Shown in pieces: positions 14,027 to 28,181 of a DNA stretch of 64,000 bases. The notes beneath the pieces are model-generated. The model searched no databases. It was not told the DNA's origin and saw nothing but the letters and a program-made list of their open reading frames with translations. The stretch is from assembly GCA_951406725.2 (NCBI GenBank), contig OX597825.1:75888001-75952000 (forward strand), read 5' to 3'. Position 1 is the first letter of the stretch. Every line of letters begins with the position of its first letter. Source of the DNA: Octopus vulgaris (Eukaryota). A program made the position numbers and the translations under genes.

Positions 14027-14265
14027 TATACTATTGATCATACAGTGCTCTACATATACTATAGGTTTTTCTTCACTGTATCTTTTGTGCCATACTACTG
14101 ATCGTATACTACTCTATATATTTTATTGATTTTCTATCAATATGTGTGGTTATACTAGTGATCATATATTGTCTCAGTATTCTACATATACTATTGGTTT
14201 GCCATCAATATAACAGTGCTTACATTATTGATCATATAGTGCTTTGCATATACTATTAGTTTTCT
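14027..14265. repeat. Degenerate minisatellite (TATACTATTGATCATATAGTGCTCTACA-type, about 4 units of 60-70 bp)
   Basis: Recurrent ACTATTGATCATA motif. Confidence 0.65.
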
Positions 14266-14271
14266 GTTACA

Positions 14272-14309
<38 letters not shown>

Positions 14310-14587
14310 GTATAAACGCCATTGGTGACACTATCTTTTATTCTATCAGATCTAAGTGCTTTACTGATAAATATTTTACTCCTACTACTGCCGCCACTGC
14401 CATTACCACCATATTTTTGTTAATAAAACCTCTGTCTTTGAATATTTGTCAGTTTATTTTGCCCATATCTGTAAATTAATTTGAATAATTTTTATTGATT
14501 ATAAAGATGAAATAGATTTAATTCGTAATTAAAAATGCAATGGGCTTTTAAAAATAGTAAGTTATTGAAACAACTTTTCACAAATAA

Positions 14588-14985
14588 GCATGGCTGTGAG
14601 GTTAAGAAATTTGTTTCCCAACTATGTGGATCTGGGTTCAATCCCACTGCATGAAACCTTCCCGAGGTGCCTTGTGAGGAGATTTTGTAGATGGAAACTG
14701 AAAGAAACCTATTGTGTGTGTTTACATATATAATTGTGTTGGAGTCCTTGCCTTGACACTATTTGAAGGTTGTAAAAATGAGCATCACCATTATACAAGC
14801 AATGGTCTTTATTTCCAATTTTTGGTAGAAAATGTTTGACCATGGGGAAATATTACCTTGTATGGAAACAGGTGAGGGTTGCTAACAAGAAATGTATCCA
14901 GCTGTATAAAATCTGCCTCAATGACTTCAGTCTTATTCAAGAAAAGTATAGAAAAGTGGATATTAAAATGATTATGAGAATGATA
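14588..14985 (+). mobile_element. SINE family D
   Basis: Same module order as 19409-19850. Confidence 0.65.
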
Positions 14986-15019
14986 TTTAAAATATGCTTA
15001 TTTCATTTGTACATTGTAA

Positions 15020-15404
15020 TCTTTATATATAAAAGTGAGGTTGTGTGCTGTCTGTCTCCTACGATTTAGATTCCTAACTACTCCCACATTTTGTGCTGCA
15101 GTTTAACCAAAACCAGGTATCTTATAGTCGTGATTCATATCGAGCCCTTCTGGGTATTAGCACGCGTCTACGATTTAAAAAAAAAATTACCATCAATTTT
15201 TCCCATTTTTAATGCATTTTTGGCATATATAAGGGAAGTAACTCTCTAAAAATTTTATTAAATCTCAGAACGTAAAAAGCTACAGTAACACCCCCCCCCC
15301 TTGTGGTTAGCCATATTGAGATGACTATTATACTTTACATCTCTAAAAATGCTTATATAGTTATTTCCCTTACAAACCCAAGCAACGCCGGGCGATACTG
15401 CTAG
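15020..15404 (+). mobile_element. Non-autonomous Helitron
   Basis: A|TCTTTATATATAAAAG start, subterminal CCCAAGCAACGCCGGG hairpin, CTAG|T end, no target duplication. Confidence 0.85.
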
Positions 15405-15670
15405 TAGTACATAAAACAAGTTTCTGAATTACAGGTAGTGTTTACTATCAGCCTACGTCATATTTCATCAGTGTTGTAATGTCCAACTTATGTATGTTGG
15501 CTTATGGGTGAATGGGTCTGCCATATACACTGTTTATATTTATTTTCATCTTTTGTTAGCTCAACTGAGAGTCCAAGCATCTTGAGATCTGGCCTCGCTG
15601 CCCTTTACATCTTTCTTGGTCTTTCTCTACTATAGGCACCCTCCACTGACAGGACACAGTATGCTTTCTC

Positions 15671-15900
15671 GCGGCGAGCTGGCAAAAACGTTAGCACACC
15701 GGGTGAAATGCGTAGCTGTATTTCGTCTGTCGTTACGTTGTGAGTTCAAATTCCGCCGAGGTTGACTTTGCTCTTCATCCTTTTGAGGTCGATAAATTAA
15801 GTACCAGTTACGCACTGGGGTCGATGTAATCGACTTAATCTGTTTGTCTGTCCTTGTTTGTCCCCTCTATGTTTAGCCCCTTGTGGGCAATAAAGAAATA
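15671..15900 (+). mobile_element. tRNA-like SINE family B, young copy
   Basis: GCGGCGAGCTGGC head, GAGTTCAAATTCC B-box, central TTCATCC...GGTCGATAAATTAAGTACCAG domain, tail GGGCAATAAAGAAATA. Confidence 0.85.
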
Positions 15901-16083
15901 TTTCTCTTCAGTATACAATATCTGAATTGAATTATAGAATTACTAAATATACTTTTTAATGTCCCTCACTTGTTTTCAAGCAAAGTAATATATTTCCCCA
16001 TGACCAGACATGTTTTCACAGATGATTGGAAATGAAGGAAGGTGACACTTGTTTACAATTATCAAGTGATGTCAAGGTAAAGA

Positions 16084-16293
16084 TATTTCTTTATTGCCCA
16101 CAAGGGGCTAAACATAGAGGGGACAAACAAGGACAGACAAAGGGATAAAGTCGATTACATCTACCTCAGTGAGTAACTGGTACTTAATTTATCGACCCCG
16201 AAAGGATGAAAGGCAAAGTCGACCTCAGCGGAATTTGAACTCACAACGTTGTGGCAGACGAAATATGGCTACGCATTTCGCCCGGCATGCTAA
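16084..16293 (-). mobile_element. SINE family B, inverted relative to 15671-15900 and nested in an older SINE
   Basis: Reverse complement of the neighbouring copy. Confidence 0.85.
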
Positions 16294-16295
16294 AG

Positions 16296-16336
<41 letters not shown>

Positions 16337-17057
16337 GTACACAATGGTTTTCTTTCAGTTTCCATCTACCAAATACACTCACAAGGCTTTGGTTTGCTTG
16401 AAGCTATAGACGATACTTGCCCAAAGTGCCATGCAGGGAGACTGAACCCAGAACCTTGCAGTTGGGAAGAAAATTTATCACACATCTGTGCCTGAACCTA
16501 ACCATGTCGACTAAAATCAGTTTTGGAAAAGTGAACATAAAAATAAAATAAAATAAACTCTAGTTTATTCTTTAACCATTAAAAATAAAAAAAAAATTCC
16601 AGTGTGTTTGATTAAGTTCAGATCTAGTTTGTTTTGATCCAAACCTAGTTTTGATGCCAGTGGAGTTTATAAACTACTCTGAAACAACTGTTCAATAAAG
16701 AGGGATTTTTTATTGATTCAGCTGTAAATATTTCTGAGTAAGAATGGAAATATCAATAAAACCATGTAATGTTCAATTGATTTGTGTGTGTGTGTGTGTG
16801 TAAGAGAAGGAAGCAGTATAATGGTGTGGAACTCTCAACAAGTCAAATCTGCTATACTGAATCACTTCTTAGTTGAATTTTCTTTTTGATTTATTTATTG
16901 TATCAGCAACTTCTTGCCACGAAAACTGACTAAACTTGTGTCTTCCCCTCCATACTACTCAAAGGCCTGATATACGGTAGTTACCCCAGTACCAAAGAAT
17001 TATTGATTAAATATTCCACACACACGCATGAATTTAGGATGGGGTTCTTCATATCTT

Positions 17058-17236
17058 TATATTTTTTATCTTGTTTTAGTCCCTGCACTGCCACCATGCT
17101 GGGGCACTGCCTTGAAAGGTTGTAGATGCAAAAATTGTACTTATTCTATCAGACTCATTTGCTGAACTGTTAAGTTATGAGCACACAAAGAAGCCAACAC
17201 TAGTTAAGTGGTGAGGAAACAAAAACACATACATAC

Positions 17237-17294
<58 letters not shown>

Positions 17295-17461
17295 ATATGA
17301 TGTGACCCTCTTTCACAGTTTCTATCTATCAAATTCATTCACAAGGCATTAGTCACCCTAGGGCTATAGTTGAAGAACATCCTATTTGCCATGTAGTGGG
17401 ACTGAACCTGAAACCACATAGTTACAAAGTGAGCTTCTCAACCACACAGCCATGCCTGCAT
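17058..17461 (-). mobile_element. SINE family A, diverged copy
   Basis: Same module order on the minus strand. Confidence 0.7.
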
Positions 17462-17758
17462 CTATATATAGTTTTCTTTTTTTTTATCTAGAAGAGGCTG
17501 CATCCATGGCTTTGGCCAGCCATTCTAGTCTGATTTATATTAGATTATGTGGAATATATATGTCTTATAGTATAAAGAAAACATATCTTACATTGTTAAC
17601 TTTTACCTGAGAATATTTCTGTGTACAGGAATTTAGTCTTGATTTCCACATGCTTCGACCCCTACAACTCATTTCATCACAACAACCTTTTTACTGATTC
17701 TGTTGAAATTTGGGGCTGCTTTTGAATGCACTGTATGATTAGAGGTTGTTTTATATAT

Positions 17759-17973
17759 ACTCTTACTCTTTACTTTTTTACTTGTTTCAGTCATTTGACT
17801 GCAGCCATGCTGGAGTGCCTCATTTAGTTGATCAAATCGACCCTGGGACTTATTCTTTGTAAGCCCAGTACTTATTTTATCGGTCTCTTTTGCCGAACCG
17901 CTAAGTGACTGGGACATAAACACACCAGCATCGGTTGTCATGCAATGCTAGGGGGACACACACATACACGCAC

Positions 17974-18022
<49 letters not shown>

Positions 18023-18191
18023 TATATACGACAGGCTTCTTTCAGTTTCCATTTACCAAATCCACTCACAAGGCTTTGGTCAGCCCGAGGCTATAGTAGA
18101 AGACACTTGCCCAAGGTGCCACGCAGTGGGACTGAACCTGGAACCATGTGGTTAGTAAGCAAGCTACTTACCACACAGCCACTCCTGCGCC
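17759..18191 (-). mobile_element. SINE family A, young copy
   Basis: Near-consensus; flanked by (TA)n on both sides. Confidence 0.9.
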
Positions 18192-18262
18192 TATATATAT
18201 ATATATATATAAAATTTTCTTCCATCAGTATAAATGTTATTCAAGTAGGTTCTTTTATTTAA

Positions 18263-18477
18263 CCCTTTAGCATTCAAACTGGTTACATCCAGCCCAAATA
18301 TTCTACCTGTTTATTGCTAAAACTGGCCAGATGTGACCTCTCACGTCTATCCTACAAATGTCATTCTCAAAATCATATCACCAAAATCTCAAAGCTACAA
18401 GATAATGCATGATTAATTCAAAACGACATGAACAAAATATGCATTACGTTTGACAGAGTAATCCAAGTGCTAAAGAG
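18263..18477. mobile_element. piggyBac-like MITE family 1
   Basis: TTAA|CCCTTTAGCATT...TGCTAAAGAG; internal sequence shared with 23953-24146. Confidence 0.8.
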
Positions 18478-19408
18478 CAAAATCTCTTTTCTCTGGTAAT
18501 GTAATGAAAAGTGTTAAGTCCTCTAATGATAAAGAATAGCTCCATGGAAATTTAGTGTTGAATGATTTTTAAAAGTGTCACTGTTTACATAAGGTTGTTT
18601 GGGCTAGCATGTTGAAACCATCTATTCATTTACAAAGTAAAAATTATTGTATTCAGCCATACAAACTAAGAGTTTAACAGAATGCAGCATGGTTTCTACC
18701 AAGCAATATATAAACTCTAGTCCACTACTTGGAGCTTACATTATATTATTAAAACTAAAATAAAATCAATAGGAGTTCACTTTTGTTGTAGCCTTAATAT
18801 CGATTTCTAACTTCAACTGTGGATAGGATAAGGTGACATTCATGCATTTTTGAATGGTATTAGCTGCGTGATGGAATTGGAAACCAGTTTTCAGACTTAT
18901 TGGCAAATGGTTTACCTAATTCTCCACAACTCTCTTCCTCACTTTCCCATCTAGTTTTCTTATTAGACTGCAACTATTTAAAATTGATAGATTGACTGGT
19001 TAGTAAAAACATCGCAAAGTGATTTCAGCACTGGTAATTACCATCAGTTAATTATATTTGAAATGCTGGCAATTTCATAGTTAATACAGCTGCATTTTTA
19101 GTCGATTTCTAAATACACCTTTTTCTTTTTAAATTTTTTTTTTCTTCTACATCTCTAGGTTCTCTCACTTCACCTTGACCGGTGGCTATCTAAACGATTA
19201 ACCAACTTCTTAATTAAAAAACTATCGGGCAAAATTGTGAAAGCTCTAATGAATTGAAATTAATAAGCCGATTAGTTATGCTTTCAAATTCATGCAACAA
19301 ATGCAAAGCAGATTATGTAGTTGACCTCTTCAATGGAAACATTTATAAAAATAGACTATCACCTTGGTGATTTATGTGGGAGTAAAATTTTTACTATCTT
19401 TATTTTAT

Positions 19409-19850
19409 TGCAGGCATAGCTTAGATGGGAAGTAAACTTCTTAACCACAGTGTTGCCTTAAGTTCAATCTCAATGTGTGGAACTTAGGGCAAGTGTCTTC
19501 TGCTAAAGCCTCAAGCTGACCAAAGCATTCTGAATGGTTTTGGTTTGACAGAAACTGAAAGAAGTCCATTGTGCCCACGTGTGTGTGTGTGTGCGCGCGC
19601 GCATGCTTGTATCCTTGTCTTGACGTCATGTGATCTTTGTAAGAAAACATCACCATCATATAAGTGATGTTGCTTGTTTCCAGTCTTCTTTGCAAAACAT
19701 GTCCAGCTATGGGGAGATAATTACCTTTCTTGGAAACAGGTGCGGGTCAACACCAAGAAAGATAGCCAGCCATAGAAAATCTGCCTCAACAAATTCCCTC
19801 TGACTGGTGCAAGCATGGAAAAGTGGATGTTAAATGACAACGCTGATGAT
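19409..19850 (+). mobile_element. SINE family D (family A head plus RTE-like tail)
   Basis: Family A head and (TG)n, then GGAAACAGGTG...AGAAAATCTGCCTCAA...GCAAGCATGGAAAAGTGGATGTTAAATGA. Confidence 0.7.
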
Positions 19851-21604
19851 ATTGCTTCACTTAAATCATCATGTACTTTTGTCTATATAATTTATGAAAT
19901 TATTTATGCTTCTCCTTCTCAACTTGGCAGTTTTCACATGTTCACACACACACATGTCTACGTATCAACATTTGCTATTTCATTTCAAATCTTTGTCACA
20001 GTACTTCATTAGTTCCACAGCTTATTTTGCTTGTCTTACATTTCCATTTATTTATTTCATTTCTCATCAGCTTTATACTGCCACAGTTTACCTTGTGTAA
20101 TTATTTACTCGTTTCTTAACTATCCAATTCTCATTTCACTATTGACATTGGTTGTTTGATTTTAGGACAGCCAGGTCATAACTTAGTTTGGACATTTCAT
20201 CTACTGTTGCTCATTAAATCATAATTGCTTACTTTTCACTGTCTGTAACACCTGTTGACAAAACAGATTTGTTATGTGGAAGAATTCTGTTGTCAAACCA
20301 CCTAATTTGGAAAATTAAAATTAATTTAGCACTCCCTTTCAAGTTGGTGTTGAAATATTCACAACCGAAATAGCTTAGGCTTGTTACAAACCCTATGACT
20401 TGTAAGGCCAAAGCTTAACCTGGTTTCCATATTGTATGAATGATTCTGATTAAAACACCTCTTCCTGAATGGGTTGCTAGTCCATTTTATGGTTAACTTC
20501 CCCAGTTATTGCTGGAACTCATTTTTGGTTTAGTGAACTAAGCAATGTGAATGAGGTGTTTTGCTCAATAACTCAACTCACTGCCTGGTTCAAGAATTGA
20601 AACCATGATCTTACAATAATGAGTATAACATTCTAACCACTAAGCCATACGCCTTCACTGATAGAAATAACCTTTTTAAATATTGTTAATGTTATTTAAC
20701 TACTTGCTGGTCATACTTTTTAAAGTTGTATTGAAAGTGGTGAGTGGGCTGAAGTGTTATGTTAGCACACTAGACACAATACTTAGTGGTATTTTGTCTG
20801 ACTTTATGTCCTGAGTTTGAATTCTGCTGAGGTTGACTTTGTTTTTCATCCTTTTGGGGTTGATCAGTAAGATTGAACAATGGGGTTGATGAAATTCACT
20901 AGCCCCTCCATGTAAAAAAATTCTGGCCTTGTACCTATAGTAGAAAGGATTATTTAACTCCCTAAATTCCTGAGCTGAAGACTCTTTACTGGATGCAGTT
21001 TAACCCTTTAGATACCCACCTGCCCAAAATTGCCTCTGATTCTATGATACAAATATCTTGTTTCAATGTGATCAAAATTAAAAGCCCATCAAAATTTCAT
21101 GGTATGTTCCAAACCCCAGCTTAATAAGGGGTCATTTTACTAAATTCTTCATAATTTCTTAAACTGGAAAAAAAAAGGTTCTGTATTTCATTAAGAACAC
21201 AATGACAAGAAGATTATAATGCCTGGTCTTGTTAGGGGCCCTAGTTTTAGGCTAAATAGAGGTGTCGTGTGAATATGCCCAGATGTAATGTGAACTGACC
21301 TTGTGCCTCATGAGTTAGCTCAGCAGAGGAGACTAACCAAGTAAACTGTCAATTAAGTGACAGAAGGCAATGAGTATATTTCCCAAAAAACCATGACTCT
21401 TTGGAATGGAAATTCATGATGGCTGGTACCTGAAAGTTTGAGAGAGAGAGAGAGAGATTATTTATTCAGTTACAGGCATTTTAAAATGAATAGTTTATAT
21501 TCTCAGAAGGTCTATAAATTTTTTCACTATGTTTTGATTATAACTGCATAATGCCTGTCAGCATTACTGTGACTTTCTTAAACTATTGTTTATGTTTTAT
21601 ATAT

Positions 21605-21830
21605 AAAAAGCACCATCCGATCGTGGCCGTTTGCCAGCCTTGTCTTGTCTGGCACGTAAAAAGCACCCACTACACTCACGGAGTGGTTGGCGTTAGGAAG
21701 GGCATCCAGCTGTAGACACATTGCCAGATCAGACTGGGCCTGGTGCAGCCTCCTGGCTTACCAGACCCCAGTTGAACCATCTAACCCATGCTAGCATGGA
21801 AAGTGGACGCTAAACAATAATGATGATGAT
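21605..21830 (+). mobile_element. RTE-type retroelement 3' end (family C) with (GAT)n tail
   Basis: GGAAGGGCATCCAGCTGTAG...CCATGCTAGCATGGAAAGTGGACGCTAAA then (TGA)n; a close copy lies at 46895-47182 on the minus strand. Confidence 0.7.
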
Positions 21831-23952
21831 ATAGTATTCCTCCTGCAAAGGATGAAATAGTACTATACATAATTACAACTAACTAGAAATTGCAAGAACT
21901 TACCATAGATTAAAAAAAATTTTTTTTAATATAATTATATGTGTGAACTTGTATTGTTTTCATATTCCTTGATTTCAAATTCCTAATCACACCTCATGCT
22001 GTGAGGAGACAATTACCTCCACTTGTATTTATGGCCATTCAGAGGGTACCATACAATTCAATATATAGCTTAGCAGTCATTCTATTTGTGATTAGCGAGA
22101 GTCTTTATTAACAATTGACTGATGCTTCAAACATTAAGCCTTATGACAAGATTAAGTTGATGTAACATCTGGAATCCAAGGAAACAGGCAGTGGTGGTAG
22201 TGATGGTCTGCCTGGACAGAAGTTTGTAAATAAAAGAAAAGGACAATAACTATTAAATGGAGTTAATTCATTACAGATAGTGGAAAAATCCACTGTTTCA
22301 GGCATTTGCCTATCTTTAGAGGGTGAAAAATATTTGGAGGCCAATATTTGTGTTGTTAAGAAACAAATGAGAAATGAAAAAAATGAGAGAGAAGGAACTA
22401 AATGGAGGAACGTCTGTAGGTTTGTGATAAGAAGTAGTGTGAGTAGTGCCTTGTAGAGCGGGGGAGGGGAGGGGAGGTTGTGAAAATAACCAGACCAGAC
22501 CAGGTAGAGTAAATGAAACTAGAGGGACTAAAGGTAGGTAGAGATGGGGCGGGGAGGCTTCAGGTAAAGGAAACAACTGCAGGATTTAATGTGGATACAA
22601 GGTGGTTGTTAAATGGAGGAGGTTACCAAAACTGTTGGAAGTCAGTTTGAAATCATTCTTAGAAAAAAAATATATTCTTATTTTTCTGTTTACCTTTAAG
22701 CTGTTGAAATGACAACCAGTTTATAAAAACAATTCCTCTAGCATTTATGTGAATGTGTTAGCACCAGAAAATAGATATAAAATAGCTAAAGAGTTTATAA
22801 ATGCCAAAGTTTACATACTCTCTCTTGTAAACACTACACCTAATGGATTACCAAATATCTCATCGTTTTGGTTTCAGCCAACAGCTCTTAAAACTAAGAT
22901 ATTATTTATTCCTACCGACCTCAAGAAAGCTGCTTATTTCCCAAAGAATTTCTCTCTCTCCCTCCTCTCTCTCTCTTCTCTCCCTCCCTCTCCCCTCTCT
23001 CTCTCTATATATAATTATCACTATTTAATGTCCGTTTTCTATGCTGACATTGGTTGGATGGTTTAACAGGAACTGGCAAACCAGAGGATTGCACTGAGCT
23101 TCAGCATCTTCTTTAGCATAGTTTCTATAGATCAATGCACTTCCTAATGCTAACTGCTTTTACAGAGTGTGCTAGGTGCTTTTTTGTGGCACAAGCACTA
23201 GTGAAGTTACCAAGCAACTTATAAGGCAAGACTGCTTCAACTGAATGTTGGAGTAATATTGAGGGAGGTGAAAGTATGATAGATGGACAAGGACAGATGA
23301 CTTAATGAAGACACCTGTTCTGTGTTCAAATCCCATCATAGTCTACTTTACCTTTCATCCTTTCAGGTCAATATTATTATTGTTATCATTACTGTCGTTT
23401 CTTGTGTTGGCTCACCCTTTCATTTTTTTCTAGGTTCCATTTAATTAACAACACCCTCTCATTAAATATGTGGCCTTGTATCTATGTTAGAACTCATCAC
23501 TTTTATTTTAGTTTCTGTAGGTTTATGATTGGCAGGATGGGCTGTTTCAATGGTTGGATAATACTATTCCTTTTGCTGCTAACCAATCAACCATTATGTG
23601 AGAGTAGAGGTAGCCTGTCAGATCCCTTGCTTAAAAGTACTTCAACAGGTAAATGGCGGAAATGGTTAAAACATAGGAGAAAATGCTTTGCTATATTTGT
23701 TCCATTTCTCTGTGCACAGTTCGAATTTCGCTGAGGTCAACTTTGCATTCTATATTTTAGGCTTAATAAAATATGGTGTCAGTGCAGTTCAGCAGATTAG
23801 CCGAATTAGAATTGTTAGTGACACCTTGTGGTATTTGTTCTAGTAATTTGTGTTTTGAGTTTTTGGATGGTAGCTTAGATGATAAAGCAGCACCCTGTCT
23901 GAAACTGTCTCTGGTTCTTCAGTATTAATTATTTTGAAATGTCTTAAATTAA

Positions 23953-24146
23953 CCCTTTAGCATTTAAACCAGCCATATCCTACCAAAATATTCTACCTGT
24001 TTTATGTTCAAACTGGACAGATCTGATCTCGCCCCTACCTGACAATGTCATTCCAAAGATCATCACAATCTCAAAGCTCTGTGATAATGCATAATTTATT
24101 AAAAATTTGTGAATAAATAAATGACAATAATATAACTGCTAAAGGG
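23953..24146. mobile_element. piggyBac-like MITE family 1
   Basis: TTAA|CCCTTTAGCA...TGCTAAAGGG|TTAA. Confidence 0.85.
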
Positions 24147-24240
24147 TTAAAATTTTACCATCACAATTTCATGTTAATTTGTATTTCAAACGCTGGTTTA
24201 ATAAGGACAAAATTATTCTACTATAATCTTCATTATCCTC

Positions 24241-24401
24241 AGGTGCAGGCATAGTTGTATTATATGGTGTTTGCTTTCCAACCACATGATTCTGGGTTCA
24301 GTCCCATTGTGTAGCATCTTGGGCAAGTGTCTCCTATAGCTCTGGGCCAATCAAAGCCTTGTGAATGGATTTGCAAGACAGAAACTTAATGAAGCCTGTT
24401 G

Positions 24402-24435
<34 letters not shown>

Positions 24436-24630
24436 AGTGGCTGCTTGACAATTGGTGTTGGTTTGTTTATGGCTCCATAACTTAGCAGTTGGTTAAAGAA
24501 GGGAATAATGAAATAAGTACCAGACTAATATAAAATAAGCACTGGGGTGGATTTGCCTGATGAAAACTCAAGGTGGTGCTCCAGCATGGCTGCATTCAGT
24601 AGCTGAAGCACATGGAAAGACAAAAGATGA
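24241..24630 (+). mobile_element. SINE family A nested in a piggyBac-like MITE
   Basis: Family A modules; MITE sequence resumes afterwards and ends GTAACAAAAGGG|TTAA at about 24684. Confidence 0.75.
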
Positions 24631-25394
24631 AAGTGAATTGAAAGGTAGTAAAATTTGGTGAAAATATGGTAACAAAAGGGTTAATGTGTCATCTGGTTTT
24701 GCACTACATCCACCTGTCAAAGAGGCCCCAGAAGAGAAAAGAATCAGAAATGCTGTACTTTCTTACTAAGTAGTAGTAGTAGTAGTAGTTAAAAAAAAAA
24801 AACAAAGTCATTGTGACAAATGTAAAATTTGAACTTGTGACCATTTGATCAATAGTTCTCCACTTTAACCTCACAACTAATTTGTTGCTTTATTCTGTTG
24901 ACTCTAAAAGCTTTGATTTAAATAGAAATCCGACATTACTGGCATATCGTGACTTTTGCCTTGAACATATTAAGTTCTTTTTTTATTATTCCTTTCACTT
25001 TATCCATTTTTATTAACATCAACATTCTTATCAAAAATATATTTCCTCGGCACGGGAAATATTTCAATTCTTAGTTTAATTTTAACGCTATCTGAATTTT
25101 TGTGTCTTGTTTCTTCAATCATAGAATCTTGTAACCAACCATTATCCTGAAAGCTTAATTTTGACCAAAATGTATCAGTTTTGTATTTTTAGAGTGTTGT
25201 AGCATTTTAAACAATAGAAATGTCAGATGAAATTCTTCACTATATTTACTTTCATATCTTAGAGAGTTTTAAAATAGATGTAACCTAGGTTGGCATTGCC
25301 TTCAACTCTTCAGGTTTGCTAAAATAGATACAAGTGATAACTTGTGCTTTTGTAACATCATCTCTTTGTCTATCTCTCACTCAGGTTATTTGTC

Positions 25395-25635
25395 ATCATC
25401 ATTTTAATGTCCACTTTTTATGCTTGCAAGGGCTGGGCAAAGTTTATTGGGGCAAATTTTCTATGGCTGGATGCCCTTCCTATTACCAACACTTACCTGT
25501 TTCTCAAGCAAGATAATTTTGCCTCATGGCCAGATGTGTTCTCTCTGAATATTGGAAATAAATGACACTGCTTGTATGACAGTGATACTCATTTACGACT
25601 GATGCAAAATCAAGACAAGATCTCTCTCTCTCTCA

Positions 25636-25676
<41 letters not shown>

Positions 25677-25830
25677 CAATAGTCTTTCAATTTCCATATA
25701 CCAAATCCACTTACAATACTTTGGTTGACCTGGGACTATAGCAGAAGATACTTGTCCAAGGTGCCACACAGTGATAAAATTATGCAATTGGGGAGCAAAG
25801 TTTTTAATAATGTAGCCACCTCACACCTAC
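25395..25830 (-). mobile_element. SINE family D
   Basis: Same modules on the minus strand. Confidence 0.7.
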
Positions 25831-27368
25831 CAATTAAAATTTTCCAAATTAACTTTCCCGTTATTAGTGGAATGGTCACCATATTGATTGTGAAAAGGAC
25901 ATCCAAGGTTGTTATTGAGTCTCTGGTCAACTCTAATTGAGTAGACCAATGGTTGAAGACATTTCTGCCTTGACTATTCTGCCTTTTTCCTGGGCATGGT
26001 GCACTCAGGACTACACTAACCAATATGTGCTTCTTTCCAAGATTGTAGGAGTAATTCAAGGAACATTTAGCTGCTATTTTGTTCTTGTCAGTCAAGCTAT
26101 GTTGAATTGTGTATTATTTTCCACTTCCTTACAAGATATAACTTGTGATTTTAGGAGATAAGAGAACAAAGGCAATCTGGACGAGTTCTGTTATGGGAGA
26201 TATCATTCTTTTATTCTTTTACTAGTTTGTCATTAGACCACGACCAGGCTGGGTCACAAGCTTCATTGGTTTCATTTGATAATATTGACACCATTATTTC
26301 TATCAGTGTGGCTTTTAATTTGTCAATCTCTTTTTGTTGAACCAGTTGGTTATGCTGCATATGTATTTAAATCACTGTAAACATAAATGCGTATGCATGC
26401 AGAAACAAACACATGCACACACAAACACAATCTATTATGTATGTGTATGCAGGAATGTGTGTTTACATAGCGGAATGAACTTCTGGGCTTCTGCACAGTT
26501 TCCACCTACAAAATTCCACTCAGAAGGATTAACTATACTCCAAGGCAACTTATCTAAAGTGCCACAAAGTACAATCAAATGTGGAACTGTGTAGTTGAAA
26601 AAGTAAACTTAGATAACCATGCATGTGTGTGTGTGTGTGTGTGCATATATATGATTTTATTGATTAAATTGTTTACATTTCCTTATGTATTTTGTAATTG
26701 GAAGTTGTTTTTCCATAGTTTCAATTCGAGGCAAATAAGGTTGGTCTCTTTCTTTGCTTCTGTGGCCAGCTGTGATGCACAACAGTCTTATTCTAAAGAT
26801 CAATAGGTTTGATCTCGTCATTGAAGGAATCCTCTATTTGTTATGATTCAAATCGATCAACCATCAATCAAAACAAATGATTTTTTGAGGTTGAAAAAAG
26901 AAATAATTTAGCATAAAAACTGGACATCTTCCATTAAACCATGAGTTTCCCTTATTTACTTGAACATACTATATGTGGCTGGTGTGTATTCGTTATGGTT
27001 GTTTGATTTCTTATAACAAGCAAAATATATTGCTTAGTCATCACACTATGTTTCTTTGTCAGCTTTCCATGTCTTTGTTTGATATATTATTTGATTTTGC
27101 AAATCTTCTGTGTAGCAGCTCTTTTCCCACACTTGTTTATTAAAGAGTGTCCTAATAAAAGAAAGTCATCGAAGTTGATAATGAAACTAAGTGATATTGG
27201 GTTAAATCTTATTTATATACAAAAATGCATGTACACACACATACACACACACACACACTGCATGGCTGAATAGCAAAAGAAATTTGCTTTGCAATCCCAA
27301 GATCTTGGTTTCAATTCCACTCTATGATATCTTGACCAAGTGCCATTTACCATAGCCTTGGGAGTTAA

Positions 27369-27584
27369 TCCCTTTGATACCAACCTACAGCTGCTCCTGA
27401 TTCTCTGATACAAACTCTCTGTTTTGAAATGGTTTTAATTAAAATCTCCCATCAAAATTTCCATGTTAATTTATGATCCAAACACCAGCTTAATAATGAC
27501 AGGTATTTTAATAAATTCTTTGATATTAAAAAAATTAATTGAAACAGAGGCAGTGTATTTCAACAGAATATAGTAACAAAAGGG
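27369..27584. mobile_element. piggyBac-like MITE family 2
   Basis: TTAA|TCCCTTTGATACC...GTAACAAAAGGG|TTAA; relatives near 10620-10838, 21003-21220, 41335-41656 and 49045-49270. Confidence 0.75.
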
Positions 27585-28023
27585 TTAAACTGGGCCCCAC
27601 TTTCATTGGCCAGGATATATGTGTAAGGAAACCATGCCCAATTATACTCATAACATGTTTTGCTAGTAGTAGACTTGGTACCTTTTTCTCCTTTATATTT
27701 CACCTGTTATTGTCTTCCTTTAGATTACCATCTACCTGACTAGATTACAATCTACCTAACAGCTACAGTAAACCAAAACGTTTTCAGTTTCATACATCAT
27801 TCCTATGCAAACAGGACACCTTTTCAATGTATAGTGATGATGATGATGTTGATTGATTCACCTTGCACAAACCGAACATCTATATGTGGATTCTCCTCAC
27901 ATTATCCCATTTATATTGATCTGTCATACTTTGAATGTTATTGCAATGATGTAGAAGACATCAGTTTGCCACTGGCCTGATTGAAATATATTATGTTTGT
28001 TGCTGGCAGATTATTATTTTTAT

Positions 28024-28052
28024 TCCTCCTCCTCCTCCTCCTCCTCCTCCTC

Positions 28053-28089
<37 letters not shown>

Positions 28090-28135
28090 AAATACTACTA
28101 CTACTACTACTACAACAAATACTACTACTACTACA

Positions 28136-28180
<45 letters not shown>
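28024..28180. repeat. (TCC)n(TAC)n trinucleotide microsatellite
   Basis: Directly visible. Confidence 0.95.

Positions 28181-28181
<1 letters not shown>

Noticed and set aside
19120-19330. Strong acceptor-like tract (AG at 19157-19158) followed by unique TAAT-rich sequence
   Set aside because: No convincing donor or ORF; TAAT motifs are expected by chance at this AT content.
25870-26160. Possible decayed LINE C-terminal fragment on the minus strand
   Set aside because: Only weak motif resemblance.
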